A stretch of DNA of 64,000 bases, from contig NC_043005.1 of NCBI RefSeq assembly GCF_006345805.1, forward strand, positions 92,442,001 to 92,506,000. Reading direction: 5' to 3'. The notes beneath the pieces were generated by a model. The model was given only the letters and a program-made list of their open reading frames with translations. It was not told the origin of the DNA and did not search any database. Below are positions 1-13,555 of the stretch, in pieces; the first letter of the stretch is position 1; each line of letters starts with the position of its first letter. The translations under genes were made by a program, and so were the position numbers. The stretch is from Octopus sinensis (Eukaryota).

Positions 1-924
1 CAAAGTTAGTCATTGTAGGATTAGAACAAACAAGAAAGAATTATTTTAGAGAATAGATGAGGTTGAATGAATGAGGCAATTGAAAAACAAGAGAGTTTCT
101 TAGCTAAGCTGTGCATCTTTTCAAGAGTCATCACTACCAAACGCATGGAACAGACAAAACCAAACTAACAGAGTGCCATTGTCATGCAGGAGTGTCCTTC
201 ATTTCCAATTTTCCATAACATATATCTGGCCATGGGGAAATATCACCTTACTTAGAAACAGGTGAGGGTTGGCAACAAAGAAGGGCATCAGGTCGTGGAA
301 AGTCTGCCTGAACAAATTCCAGCCAACCAATGAGAAGCATGGACACAAGACAATGATGGCAATGGGAGCTAATGGGATTCAGAATTTTCAGTTAAAACCA
401 TTTGCCCATTTTACATGTTTTCCCGTGACTGCATAGGTTAGATAATTACATGATTTGAGGAATTATTTTATAGTCAAAAGCCCTTCCTGACACTACCCCT
501 TATCTGTTTTCCAAGTAAGGAATCACTTATCCCACATAGCTTCAAAAGATATCAAAGTGCCCAGATGGTTCAACAGAACCAACTGGCAACACACCACCAC
601 CACCCACAGCATTTTCAGACAACCAGTTGCAAATGTATACAAACACATAAATAAAATGGTCTTCTTTCAGTTTTAGTCTACCAAATCCACAAGGATTTTG
701 TCAACCCAGAGATATAGAAAACACTTTGCCCAAAGTGCCACACAATGAGACTGAACCAGATATGAATTTCTCGACCAACAACCAGACCTGCACATATCTA
801 AATTGATAAGTTTGAACTTCTAAATGAAGTATCACTGACATTATAGATACCTATAATTTTCCAATAATTTTGATACTTATGCAACAAGTTTGATTTCAAG
901 AAGTTTATCTAGGTGCATCATTAA

Positions 925-1125
925 CCCTTTAGCATCCAAATTACAATCAATGTAATGCTTTTGAATTAACCATTCATTATTTTTTAGATTTGAGACTTTG
1001 ATGAGGTAATACTTAATTTTTAGAATAGGATTATAAGTTTAGTGTGAGAGACCAGGTAAGGCCAGTTTGGACATAAAACAGGTAGAATATTTTGGCTGGA
1101 CATGGTCAGCTTAAATGCTAAAAGG
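925..1125. mobile_element. About 200-bp piggyBac-type MITE
   Basis: TTAA-CCCTTTAGCAT...ATGCTAAAAGG-TT ends. Related copies at about 25737-25925 and 53078-53268. Confidence 0.6.
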
Positions 1126-1163
1126 TTGAAGGAAAATGTTACTGATAAAGAATTACAACTTAC

Positions 1164-1264
1164 CATTCCTTGGCATGAATTTCAGTTTGTACAAGAGTTC
1201 AACAACAGGAATCAGAAAAGCTAATGTTTTGCCACTTCCAGTTTTAGCAGCTCCCATCAAATCT
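1164..1264 (-). CDS. DDX18: DDX18 coding exon with Walker A (last exon found in the window)
   Basis: ctag acceptor, gtaagt donor. Encodes (R)[33 protein letters not shown](G), the DDX18/Has1 motif I region. Phase 2 in, phase 1 out, matching the upstream exon. Confidence 0.95.
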
Positions 1265-3196
1265 CTAGTTAGATAGAAAAATTAAAGGAAATTAATCAGA
1301 AATATTTCAATCACACGTTTTTTTTTTAAAGCATTTAATTATCAATAAATGAAGTTAACCATCATTGTCATTATTTAATGTCCATTTTTCATGCTAGAAT
1401 GAGTTGAACAGAGTTTAACAGCGGCTGGTAAGACCAGGGGCTGCACCAGGTCCTATAGTCAGTTTTGACTTGGTTTCTACAGCTGGATGCCCTTCCTAAA
1501 TTAAACCAGTCCAGAGTGTACTGGGTGCTTTTTATGTGGTACCATCAATGTTTCTTACATGGCACCAGCACCCACACCAATGCTTTTTATGTTGCACCTT
1601 GGTTTTAGGATCTCAATTCTGTTGTGATGGGTGAATCTTCTCAAGTACATCAATGCAACAACGTTTTTGAGATCGACCTCCAATACTTTTGTCTTATTTT
1701 TTTCCTGGGTCTCCCTCTTCCACAACTTCCCTCCACTTTAAGTTATCAGCATCTCTCTATGCAACTGTCCTCATCCACCTGCATAACCTGACACCCTGAT
1801 TACCTTTAGCAGAGTCGACTGTTACAAGCATTTGAGCCAGAACTCTGGTTTGAGGGTGCCTTCCTCCATCCCATCCACCAATCTATGAGGCCCTGTACAG
1901 AGTACTGCATGTTCTCCAGGCCATAAGAAAAAACAAACCTCAAAAGACAGTCTACCCTCATTCAATTTTTATTCAGATATTTTCCACCACTATCTGATCC
2001 TTAAGCAACATAAATAGAAATACTTATTATTCCTCTATCTTCACAAGCAAATATTTTACAGAAAGAAAATCATACATAATTCTGATAAATTTTACGAACA
2101 AGTAAGATGAAATGAACTGACTACAATTCAAATGTCTTAGTTTCTAAATAATTGTTCATGTGAAACTGAGTTGGAGGATAAATAGGTGCATGAGAGTCTC
2201 TCCAGGCCAACCTACTTCCACACATTGAGAGACACAACTCTGGTATTACAGACATGATTAGGATGTAGCAGGGAAGAATACAGAGTCTTAGTTGGTCATA
2301 CCTAGGAATCCAGCAGGAAAGCCTAATAACGGCTGCTTCTAACAGAACCCTATTGAGGAGGTGCCTGAATAGTTTAATACAATCCTCCCAGGAATAGAGG
2401 GCAAAGAAGATGGCTGGATAGGTAGCATTACTAAGTGTTAATACTTACAAGGAAGATGACAAATACCTATCTAAATTCTAAAAAATTGTAAATTTAACCT
2501 AACACAAAGTGTAAATTTCAACTGATTTTATCATCATCTTAGATTACCAAATTATTCGTAACAGGTTGCATCTTGATCCTTCACCAGTAGCTACATTTAA
2601 AGAAATGCCCAAGACTACTTGAAACTGACTTGCTTTTTGAGTGATTCTTTAATTTAATTAAAAGTAACATCATCCTCATTGTTTCAATGTCTACTTTCCC
2701 ATGCTTGCAGAGGTCAGATGAATTTGTTGAGGCAGATTTTTCTATTTCTGTCATCAACCCACACCTGTTTCCAGCTATGTTAATATTTCTCTACGGCTCA
2801 ACATGTTTTCACGGAAGACTGGATAAGAAGAGCACTTGCATGACAGTGGCACTCATTTAAAACACTCATGTGATGTCATAACAAGGAGACACCAACTCAT
2901 ACACACACACACACACATATATATATATGAAATAGATTTCTTTCAGCTTCTATCAATTAAATCCATTCACAAAGCTTTGGTTTTCCCAGGGCTGTTGTAG
3001 AAGGCATTCGCCCAAGGGATCACATGGTGAGACTAAACTCAAAACCAGGTGGTTGAGAAAAACCACAATTAAGTCTGCTCCTATAACTTACAAAAATAAA
3101 ATCCCCATTACTTAAATAAAATATAATATAGCCAGTAAATTTCAAAAGATAAATCTCTGAGATTCCCCAGTTATGCTACAATTTTAGAAATACATC

Positions 3197-3198
<2 letters not shown>

Positions 3199-3272
<74 letters not shown>

Positions 3273-3335
3273 TTTATTTAAAAGCAGCAGAAATATAACA
3301 AAAGCTGTTACTTGGAGTTTCAACATTATATATAT

Positions 3336-3410
<75 letters not shown>
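3199..3410. repeat. Compound (TG)n/(TA)n microsatellite (one example of many in the window)
   Basis: Direct inspection. Explains the YIYI/CVCV pseudo-ORFs. Similar tracts at about 23790, 25460, 30910, 37450, 41240 and 50865. Confidence 0.95.
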
Positions 3411-3413
<3 letters not shown>

Positions 3414-3518
3414 AACTTTAAATAATCTCTGGATGAAAACAAGGCACACACACTTAATACTGATATTGTTTAATTATGTCTTCATTTTAAAAGACATGTA
3501 AAACGTAATAATACTCAC

Positions 3519-3678
3519 CTTCCTTCAAGTAAGTAAGGAATACTTTTAGCCTGAATTTCTGTCATGTGTGTAAAACCCATTTTTTTAATAGCATCCATTG
3601 TTGGTGAAGAAACATATTTGGATAATACATCAAAAGAGTTATCAGAAAGAATCTCCGATGCCATCTGACTGCCGGGTA
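3519..3678 (-). CDS. DDX18: DDX18 coding exon with Q motif
   Basis: ctatag acceptor, gtgagt donor. Encodes (L)PGSQMASEILSDNSF...MGFTHMTEIQAKSIPYLLEG(R). Confidence 0.95.
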
Positions 3679-4520
3679 CTATAGGAACAGAGGAAAATAT
3701 AAAGTGTGATGAAATTATTTTCATTCAAATTTTAAAAATAGGTAATCTGATGATGAATGACCTTAAAGAATTCATTGCTTTGCCTTTTTTTTTTATATTT
3801 GTTTAGTAGTTTGAAAAGGAAGTGTTGCACAAGCCTATCTTGACTTGACGATTCCAAGTACATAGTCAACTTTGATAAAGGCAGTCATACACAAGTGAAA
3901 CCAAAGAAAGTGTCTGAAAATGTGTGTGTGTGTGTGTGTATATAGATAGATAGATAAAACTTACTTGGAAAAGGATGCGTGGTGCTCGATCATATAATAT
4001 AAATATATGCATATATACATACATGTATGTACATACCTACATATATATGTATATATACATGCATATATGGGTACAGGACATCAAAAAACGTTGAACACAA
4101 TGGGGGGGGGGGGACAAACACATATATGATGGGCTTCTTTTAGTTTCCGTCTACCAAATCCACTCACAAGGCTTTGGTCAGTCCAAGACTATAGTTGAAG
4201 ACACATGCCCAAGGTGCCACGCAGTGGGACTGAACCTGGAACCATGTGGTTCATAAGCAAACTACTTACCACACAGCCACTCCTACCTGATAAATATTTA
4301 AATGAAAAGGAACTCTTTGCCAAAGAACAATCTGTGTATAAATGGTGACATCACTGAGTTGGTTATAGTAGCAAACCAAGATCTTCAAAAACCCAAAGAA
4401 ATTTCCAAACTACCATTACAAACCAAATTAACAATTGTTTAGATGCAAATCAATTCTGATCAAAGACATTCTAGCCATAATCATTACATTGGATGGAGCA
4501 GGCATCTGGAACTTCTTTAA

Positions 4521-5763
4521 CCCTTTTGTTACTATATTTCTGACCAAAATACACCCCTCATGAGTTTCAATTAAATTCTAAAATAATCATGAATTTAGGC
4601 TTGTTTCATTAAATAACTAACTTTTTTACATATCAAGATATTAATGTGATATTTGGAACATAATTAAAGAATGGGTTCTTAATCAATTCTATTGCATAAC
4701 TTTTGTCTCAAAGTGACTTTAATTACAGGTAAATTGAGCAAAAGGTAAAAATATTAAAATTTTGTTTAAACATCACCATAGAAAATGAATCATCAGCTAA
4801 TATTCAATTGGGTATGCAACAAAATTTTGATAAAGAAGAATTGTGCACATCACTAGATTATCAGTTGAATTTAATGCACAACTGAACAGGTGTACCATAA
4901 AGGTGGAATAAACTGAAATACTGGAATCCACCTAAATCTACCGCAAGTTTGACCAAACTAAAGAAATCGGTCAAAAAATAATATACGGCCCTGGTTATGG
5001 TATGGAAGTGATAACTTCCAGACCACATTGTACCCTAGGCCATGCTGACTAATACTATTTTCCCAGTATAAAACCTAAATCCACAACAGTACCCAGTATT
5101 CGCTTCACAAATTTTCCAAACTTTGATCCCCCATTTTGTGTTTGTTTACAATCTGCGTAAATTTGTTTCCGAAGTGATCACTTCAAACAAGCATACTGAA
5201 AAAAATAAAAGTCTAATGGTTTCGCTTCCTAAGAAAGACTATAGATAAACTCTATCTCCTCAGAAAAATTGCTAATAAAAACATTTTTAAAGTTTTTACT
5301 TCATTCCGATGTAAAATTGTCTTTGCTGTCGCTATCGCCGCTTTGTTTCTTCGGAATCGCTGCTTTTCGGTTCGAATACCGAAATATCCTATTCATTCTC
5401 GTACACCATGTACTTTTGCACCGCATTCATTCTTTTTCTCGATATCTCCCTATTTTCCATTGAAAAAGCTCTAAATTCAGAATCAATGCTTGATAACATG
5501 AAACTCCTATCCATTTTCAAAGTTGAAGAAAAATCGATGCCGAAAAAAATCTCCCAAAATTCACTGAGTTAAGATATCAGGTCAAGCAATGTCGGATACT
5601 ATAACCCAACTATTTACAAAGTGAAATCATGTGTTTTAACGAGTGTACCAACGAGATTTGGGTTCAAATTTACATTTAAATAACAATAGGTTCTCTCAGC
5701 CGGGTTGGTATTATGAACCAAAAACTTTTTCGGCCGGTTACAGCTGGGTTAGTAACGAAAGGG
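4521..5763 (-). mobile_element. Internally deleted piggyBac element
   Basis: TTAA at both ends and CCCTTT(T/C)GTTAC TIRs. Minus-strand peptides LFEVITSETN and KWGIKVWKICEANTGYCCGFRFYTGK are piggyBac transposase motifs. Confidence 0.85.
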
Positions 5764-6302
5764 TTAATTATCCTTTCAACTGTTTTTAAGACTGTAAGAC
5801 ATGATTAGGTTGCTATTTCTGACAACTTGCGCAGCCATGTATAGACTCATCAAACAGGGAATTTTTCCCTTATCATCATCATTTTAAAGTCCACCTTTCT
5901 CTACCAGAACTTGGATAAGTCTAACAAAGTTTATTGGGGTAGATTTTCTATGTTGGATGCCACCCCTTACTTGTTTCCAAGCAAATATTTCCTCGTGATC
6001 AGATGCATTTTAACAGAATACTGGAAAGGACATTCATTTGCAACAATTACCGGATGTCAAGACAAACACACGCACACAAACACGATGTGCTTCTTGGTCT
6101 TTACATATAAATATAAATCTATTTCAAACAATTCATTGCTTATAACATGTCTTTTGTTTCCCTGTATATTATTTAGTTGCTGTCTACAAGATGCCATTTT
6201 AATAAGATGTTCAAGTGACGGAAAACACCGATATCACACTCAGAAGAATTTATTAGGAAAGTTTTTAAGAGGGTGTGTAGAGAAAGAGTAAAAAAAACTT
6301 AC

Positions 6303-6500
6303 AAAAACTGTCATGTTGGTCTTCAGGTTCTTCTTCAGTATCAAGATCTTCAATGTCCTTTAAACTCCCTTTGGAGTAAAGCTGTTTCCCAGAATCTGAT
6401 GCATTTGGAGAATTTTCGACAGTATCAGCTTCAGTCTCAATTTCAGATATAGGTTCTGCTTCTTTTGAATTGGAAATCTTACTCGGTTCTTCATTTAAAG
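6303..6500 (-). CDS. DDX18: DDX18 acidic N-terminal exon (198 nt, phase 1-1)
   Basis: ttcaag acceptor, gtaagt donor. Encodes (A)LNEEPSKISNSKEAEP...EEEPEDQHDSF, in frame with both neighbours. Confidence 0.85.
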
Positions 6501-6775
6501 CTTGAAATATGAAAAACAAGTAAACATTACATTTAATACTTCTGAGGAGACATCTGTACAAGCAGGACCCCCCCCCACACACAAAAAAAAAAAAAAAAAA
6601 CTACCATCAAACAATTCCTTATATGAAAATAAGGGTTTTCACAGGACAAGAATCAAATTGTAAAATCCTGCCTCAAATAGTTCTATATGGAAAAACAAAT
6701 TTTAAACAAACAACTGAAACTAATTAAGAATATTACAATGAAGTAATTGGTTTCCATTTATTCAAAAGTGCTCAC

Positions 6776-6820
6776 CTTGTTTTTCCTTCTTTTTCAGTTT
6801 CTTCTTCCTTTTCATTGCTT
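6776..6820 (-). CDS. DDX18: DDX18 lysine-rich 45-nt exon
   Basis: ttttcag acceptor, gtgagc donor. Encodes (K)AMKRKKKLKKKEKQ, phase 1-1. Confidence 0.8.
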
Positions 6821-7822
6821 CTGAAAAGAATGTGTATTCACTTTAATAAAAGAACTTCTAATAAGATAAATGTTTTATCCTTCCCTTGTTTCACTCATTG
6901 GACTGTGGCCATGCTGGAGCACCACCTTGAAGGGTTTAGGTGAACAAATCAACCACAATACTTGTGTTTTAAGTCTGGTACTTATTCTATCATTGAGTTT
7001 TGGGAAAGATTTTTTTTTTTGTGGAATTCTGCTTCAAGCACACTACATAACCCCTCATGACATTTTTTTAATATTTTTTGAATTTCCAGAAAATTTTTGC
7101 ATATTTGTGTTCTACACACAAGAATTCGTATTCTATGAAAAAAATCTCTTTTTTTAATCTTTTGAATTTAAAAAATAAGTATGCGTTTGGAACTTTAAAA
7201 AATTTTTTTTTTAAATCAGAGTTTAAAAAAAGGACAGTCTGAATATTTTGCGTATTGTGTTTATCGGGAGAAAGATATTGAAAACCATCAATATGTCAGA
7301 GTGACAAAGAAGCAAGGAGGGTATCAGGAGGTTGTGAGATGTGCCAAAAATAATAGTTGAGTAGTCTTTAAATCACACACAAAAATGTTTTTGGTTTTTG
7401 CATAATCAAGGTAGACGTTAAACGATGATGACAATAATAATATGGTTTCCTATGTGTACAATTTTCTTAAAATTCCTAAAACTAGGAAAGTTATGAGGGT
7501 TTATATGGAGTGTTTAAAGTTCAAATTCTGTCAGCACCTCCTGATGCAAACGTCTTCTTCATTCAAACACATTACATGGCCATAGCAGCAGTCTTCTCCC
7601 TTGCACACTACATCTGATGCTATACACCCAATTTTTCTATCAAATCATTTACAATCTATTGTAAACGAACACTGACATTACCCATCCAGCAAAGCATACT
7701 ACCTTCATTTCTTTCAAGTCTTTGCATATCCTCAGTAGACAGCCTATGTTTCACTACCATTAAGCATAGCTGTTCATACACAGGCATCATAAATCTGTTT
7801 GTAAAAAACAATGACTACTTAC

Positions 7823-7909
7823 TGGAATTTATTTCAACACAAGGCTCCATCTTATTAACAACTCCATTTTCAAGTTTTTTCTTTTTCTTTTGAACTTCAT
7901 CCTCAAAAT
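7823..7909 (-). CDS. DDX18: DDX18 87-nt exon
   Basis: ttctag acceptor, gtaagt donor. Encodes (D)FEDEVQKKKKKLENGVVNKMEPCVEINS, phase 1-1. Confidence 0.8.
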
Positions 7910-8235
7910 CTAGAACATTGCAAAGGTTTATTTTAATTAATTACGTTGCTAAACAAAAATCGTTTTTTTTTTACATATTTTTTTAATGGTTTGATCAGAG
8001 AGGAAGGATTGAAGGAGGACACTTATTTTTTGCAGGGCCTCCAAGAGTAACAGAAGGAAAGGAACCAAAATTTATGAGTTACTGCAAGAATCACTGCACC
8101 AGGATACTGAGTTATATCCAGGCAATGGCATGACCTTTAGTAAAAGAATCCAAAGGTCAGATGATGTTAAAACCAGGCTCTACACATGTCTAACATCCAA
8201 GAACTAACATAGTCTGCCTAACCACTCAATTTTAT

Positions 8236-8764
8236 TCACAAGGATTGAGCTGACCTGAAAATTTTATACAATATATCTATTGTGTCATTAAAGTTTATGT
8301 TCAAAGGTTTTCTTGGGAGTACATAATTGTTGTGACGCTCATGTTCTGCTGCCACCAATTTTCTTAAGATTAAGTGCATTTTCATCTTGTCATCCCAATC
8401 TTTACATTCTTTATCAAAGATTTGCTTGTATCTTCTGTAGTATACCTTGAAGGTAACTCCTTCATCTGGTTCATATTTGAACTCTATTAAGGAGCTTGCA
8501 ACATAGTCTGGCGAGAACATTCTTTTCTAAATTTCCTGATAACTTCACTAATTGTAGCATTTGTTGTTGTTGTTGCTTCTGTGGTTGTCCTTGCAGTTGA
8601 ATCTGCTGCTTTTGTTTTTGCAACTCAAGCAAACCAGCCAACAAATTTTCCATAATTCTTACGATTTCATTTTCCCCATAAAATTCGCACAAAAACTTTG
8701 TTAGTTTGTTAACTCTGCCTGAGTTGTTAAAATCCTCGAGTTTATTAGTAAAACCAGTAGACAT
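8236..8764 (-). mobile_element. Ty3/Gypsy gag-like fragment (frameshifted)
   Basis: Poly-Q leader, then FKYEPDEGVTFKVYYRRYKQIF...LLRKL-like...NYVLPRKP...FNDTIDILYKIF, typical of K02A2.6-type Gypsy gag N-termini. Split over two overlapping frames. Confidence 0.75.
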
Positions 8765-9328
8765 GACTATTTCTGATTGCCTGCTACTTCTCTTTTGTGA
8801 CAGTGACTAGATTATTCCATTCATCATGTGGGAGGGGGGTGTACCATTATTCCTAATTCCCTACAACAGGAAACAAAATAGCAAATATAGCTACAATTGT
8901 ATTATCACAAGTGAAAAAATGAGAAATTTTACATTGACTTTTGCACCATCCATCTGGAAATCAAAGATGTTGCTGAACCACCTGCTTCTTTACCAAACAT
9001 TTTAATGAAGGTAAATTCCCAAATTGCACCACATTCCACATGAAAACAGCTAACTTTCATATTAGCATAGTTCAAATTGTCTATGGTATAATCCTTTTAT
9101 CAAATATAATAGTGCTTACAGAAACATCATTTCAAACTATACCTTTCAAGTTAAAGATCATTCCAATCACATACAAGAAATTTCAATTCTTGGAAATGGT
9201 AGGATATTCATATTTTTAGTGGTTTCTTTATTTTTTGCTAAACGATAAACAAAACCTGTAACCTTTTAAACAGCAAAAGTCTTTATAATAATAAAAATTA
9301 AATAACAACAGAATTATTTGTAACTAAC

Positions 9329-9373
9329 CATTTGTTTTAATCTGTTGCTTCCTCTTCTTATTCAACTTCTTTT
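9329..9373 (-). CDS. DDX18: DDX18 lysine-rich 45-nt exon
   Basis: Long pyrimidine tract plus ctag acceptor, gttagt donor. Encodes (K)KKLNKKRKQQIKTN, phase 1-1. Confidence 0.8.
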
Positions 9374-9920
9374 CTAGAAAGAAAAAAGAAAAGATAATTA
9401 ACTGAGACTGAATATACAACACACATCTTCAAGACTGTAGAAAGAGTAGCGGTGTTAACCAACATTCCATGTCAGAAAATTTACTCCGAGAAAGAAAACC
9501 TCTTGGAAAGCATGTGAGGGCAACAAAAAAGGTGCATCTTACTTTAGAAACAAAGCCATGATAATATGTATTCCTCCAACCCATGCTAGCTGGGTTAGAA
9601 AAACATTTTAAATGAATGAATGTTCTCACTCATCAGTCATCATCATTTAACATCTGTTTCCCATGCATGGTCTGGATAGCTTGACAGAAACTGGTGAGAC
9701 CAAGGACTGCACAAGGTGCCATAGTCAACTTTGACTTGGTTTCTACAGCTGGATGCCCTTCCTAATATGAACCACTTTACAGAGTGTATTGAGTGCTTTT
9801 TACAGGGCCCCATCACTAATGCTTTTCACATGTCACCGTACCAGTGTTTTTTAACAAAAACACCAACACTTGTGGACCTCACAGTTAAGATGAAAGCATG
9901 GACAATGTGCTGAGAAGCCT

Positions 9921-10960
9921 GTCATCGTCATCCGTTTTCCATGCTGGCATGGGTTGGATGGTTTGACTGAGGTCAGCAGAGCCAGCAGCTGCACCAGGCT
10001 CCAATCTGATTTGGCAATGCTTCTACAGCTGGATGCCCTTCCTTGGCCACGTTTGGATGGTGGCTTTTATGTGCCAACAGCACAAAAGCCAGTCAGGGGA
10101 CACTGGCATCAACCACATTCAGATGATGTATTTTATGTGTCACCGGAACGGGAGCCAGTCGGGGAGCACTAGCCACAGCTGCGATTTTGGTTTTGACTCA
10201 ACAGGTCTTCTCAAGTATATTATATCACCCAATGCATCAAGGGTACTCTTAAATGGGACGGACATGCAACACTGGCATCGGCCATGGCTGCAATCTCACT
10301 TTAGTTGTCAGGTGTTCTCAATCACAGCATATCTCCAAAGGTCTCAGTCCCTGTCATTGCCCCTGTGAGGCCCAATGTTCAATGGTCATGATTCACCATC
10401 TCATCTCATTTCTTCCTGGGTCGACCTCTTTCACAGTTAGGGAGTGGCACTTCCGCACACAGCCGTCCTCATCCATACGTAACACACGACCATACCAGCG
10501 CAGTCATCTCTCTTGCACACCACATTTGATATCCAACTTTCCTCTCGGGGTGCTTACACTCTGTCATTACACATCCAGCAAATCATACTAGCTCCATTTC
10601 TTTCAAGCCTACGCATGTCCTCTCAGCCTATGTTTCACTGCCATGTAGCAAGGCAGTTTGCACACATGCATCATACAGTCTACCTTTCATCCTGAGTGAG
10701 AAGCCCATAGTTGCCAGAAGAGGTAGGAGCGCCTTGAACTTAGCCCAGGCTATTCTTATTCTAGCCACTACACTCTCAGAGGAACCACCCCAACAACAGA
10801 CATGGTTGCCTAGGGAGTAGAAGCTACTACTATCTTATCCCCGGCATGTGATGGAATCTGCTTTCTATACAACTTCAGTGTTAACTGCCCGTGCATCAGC
10901 CTCACACAAAAATTATCTTCCTGGTTAACCTTCCTTCGATATTACTGCATCTTTGGACCC
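9921..10960 (-). mobile_element. 5'-truncated RTE LINE (decayed RT C-terminus and 3'UTR)
   Basis: Homologous to the RTE copies at 43.5-45.0 kb and 59.0-60.2 kb. Shares the GGAAGGGCATCCAGCTGTAGAA 3'UTR core. Confidence 0.8.
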
Positions 10961-11241
10961 TGCCAAAGGCTTTCTCCAAAGGCAAGTGACAAACTGGCAG
11001 AGTTGTTAGAGAATGCTTCACAGTATTAGTTCTGGAGCTTTCAAATTTTGCCATACAGATCCAAGGTAATATTTGGCTTGCTCTTCCATTGAAAGACATT
11101 GGTTATATGGGAAAATGCAACTTGCATGCATAGGCAGCTACACAAAAAGAACCTTGCCCAAGCCTACATATACAGGTGCAGATATAGTCAACACTAACTG
11201 ATAGACGTCCTAAATATATAACGGAAATTATTATTACTTAC

Positions 11242-11266
11242 TTTTCTTTGTAACTTGATCTTCCAT
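11242..11266 (-). CDS. DDX18: DDX18 first coding segment (exon 11280-11242, ATG at 11266)
   Basis: ttttcag acceptor at 11281, gtaagt donor. Encodes MEDQVTKK plus 1 nt, in frame with all downstream exons. Confidence 0.7.
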
Positions 11267-11392
11267 AATTAGTAATATATCTGAAAATATGAAAAGAGAA
11301 CAGGCGTGTTATTAAGGTTACATGAAGTTTACCAATTAACATACCAATAATTAGAGTTTTATTTAAGTCTTAAAAATGGCATACCACACTTC

Positions 11393-11740
11393 GTCATCAT
11401 CATTGTTTAACGTCCATTTTCCATGCTAGCATGGGTTGGACGGTTCGACCGGGGTCTGGGGAGCCAGGAGGCTTGACCAGGCTCCAGTCTGATCTAGCAG
11501 TGTTTCTACAGCTGGATGCCCTTCCTAACGCCAACCACTCCGTATGTAGTGGGTGCTTTTTATGTGCCATGGGCACAGGAGGCTGGCACATGGCCACAAT
11601 CGGTTGTTGCTTTTACGCGTCACCGACACAGACATCAGTCAGGCGGCGCTGGCGTCTTCCACGTTCGGACGGTGCTTTTTACGTGTCACCAGCATGGGTA
11701 TCTTAACTACAATTTCCATTTGATTTTTATTTTGATGTAG
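11393..11740 (-). mobile_element. RTE 3'UTR-only insertion
   Basis: (GAT)n tail and the conserved 3'UTR. Similar copies at about 1370-1640, 9636-9850, 25158-25450, 35897-36170 (minus) and 42335-42512 (plus). Confidence 0.75.
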
Positions 11741-12473
11741 GTGTTGACACTAGTTAACAACTTTGGTAAAAGAATATATATTACAGCAACTTTACTCATA
11801 TATAATACACAACTAAAACCTTCACCCTGCCTGATATTTGACTGTGATCACAAATATATAATCCAAATTGTGTTTCAAAGCTCGATTTTCCTCTTCTGCA
11901 ACAGAAAACATCAAATGTGAACAGTTTCTGACACTCTTTTAAGTGGCACAGGTACATTCCATATAAGAATAACACATCTGCCATTAGGGACCCCCAAAAG
12001 AATCAGTTGGCAACCAGTCAAAGCATTTTTCAAAACTGTTTTAATCAGGTTTTAAGCAAACAAAACAGACTTAATTGTTAGCTGGGAAAGGTATGGTTAG
12101 AGACATTAATGGTAGACGAATAATGTCTCGTTCTTTAAATACTGAAAAACAAAGCTACTGACATCATAAAGAAAAAGATGTAAACGACTACAACAGGGAT
12201 TGAAGTGCCCGTTAACTTGCAGCAGTTAAAGAAACATTCGGCACAGGTTATACTGAAACTTCTGTTAAGCATTGTATTTGTTATGTAAATATTCCTATTG
12301 CTATATCTTTCTGAATTAATTTACCTTATAATAAATGGTATCACCAGTAGTATTAGAAATGGGTTTGACTGAATCTGGTTCTGAAACAAGGTCTAGATAT
12401 TTTAAAAGAAATAGAAAGACATGTGACACTATAACAAATAATGTAAGACTTAAAAGAACAGTTCTATATTTAA

Positions 12474-13536
12474 CCCTTTCGTTACCAAACCGCCCGAAAC
12501 AAATTTTGGTTAATGTGACCAAACCGCCCGAATTTACCTATTCATATTTAAATGAGAATATCAGAGCAAATCTCTTTAGTACATTCGTGAAAATACGTAT
12601 TATACTTCGTAAAGAGTTTGACTACAGTTTTGTATAAAAATCGAAGTGTAATTTTAATTCCGTGAATTTTGGGAGATTTTTTTCCGAAATTTGTTCCTAT
12701 TGTGTTTTCAAAATTTGTAATTCTGACAAAAAATGGATACGAATTTCATTATATCAAGCAGCGAGTCAGAATTCGAAGGATTTTCTACTGAAGACCTTCA
12801 TAAATCTAACTCTATGACTGAAAAATAAAAGCATGTGGTATTTGATAATGAATCTGATGTTTCATTTTCCGAAAGTGAAAACAGTGAATCCGAGAGCTCC
12901 GACAGCGATAAAGAAAATGAATTGGCACCTGAATGGAGTGAAAATTTAAAAACTGTTTCTTTCAGTGATTTTTCTGAAGAAACTGGACCAAGCCACAGAC
13001 TTTCCCAGAAGAGTAAAGCCTTAGACTATTTCTTTTTACTTTTTCGAATGAGCCTATTTGAAATCATTACAGCAGAAACAAACCGTTACGCTAAATGTAA
13101 ACAAAGCGAAAGAAAGGATAGTTAGTGGTTTCCCATAACCTTAAATGAAATTAAGACCATTTTGCCATAAATATTATTATGGGTATCAGAAAGGTACCCA
13201 GAATAACAAATCCAATCGTAAAATTTTGTATACCCAATTGAATATTAGCTAATAACCCCTTTTCTATAGCGATGTTTGAACAAAATTTTAATAATTTTAT
13301 ATTTTGTTGAATTTACCTGTATCTACCTGCAATTAGAGTCACTTTGTGACAAAAATTATAGTATAGAATTGGTTGAGAACATTTCATTAAATTATCTTCC
13401 AAAATTCACGTTAATATATTGATAAATAAAAAAGTTATAGTTGTTTAATGAAACCAGACTAAATTTATGATTATGTTAGAAATTAATTGAAACACATAAG
13501 GGGTGTATTTTGGTCAGAAATATAGTAACGAAAGGG
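12474..13536 (+). mobile_element. Internally deleted piggyBac element
   Basis: TTAA at both ends and 12-bp TIR CCCTTTCGTTAC. ORF 12835-13125 has an acidic leader and ALDYFFLLF...FEIITAETNRYA. The right end matches 4521-4750. Confidence 0.88.
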
Positions 13537-13555
13537 TTAAGAGATGAGGAATTAT

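Noticed and set aside
3171-3501. ORFs rich in YI/CV/HT repeats (also at about 25.2-25.6, 32.6-35.3, 37.6 and 41.2 kb)
   Set aside because: They are translations of (TA)n/(TG)n microsatellites and SINE bodies.
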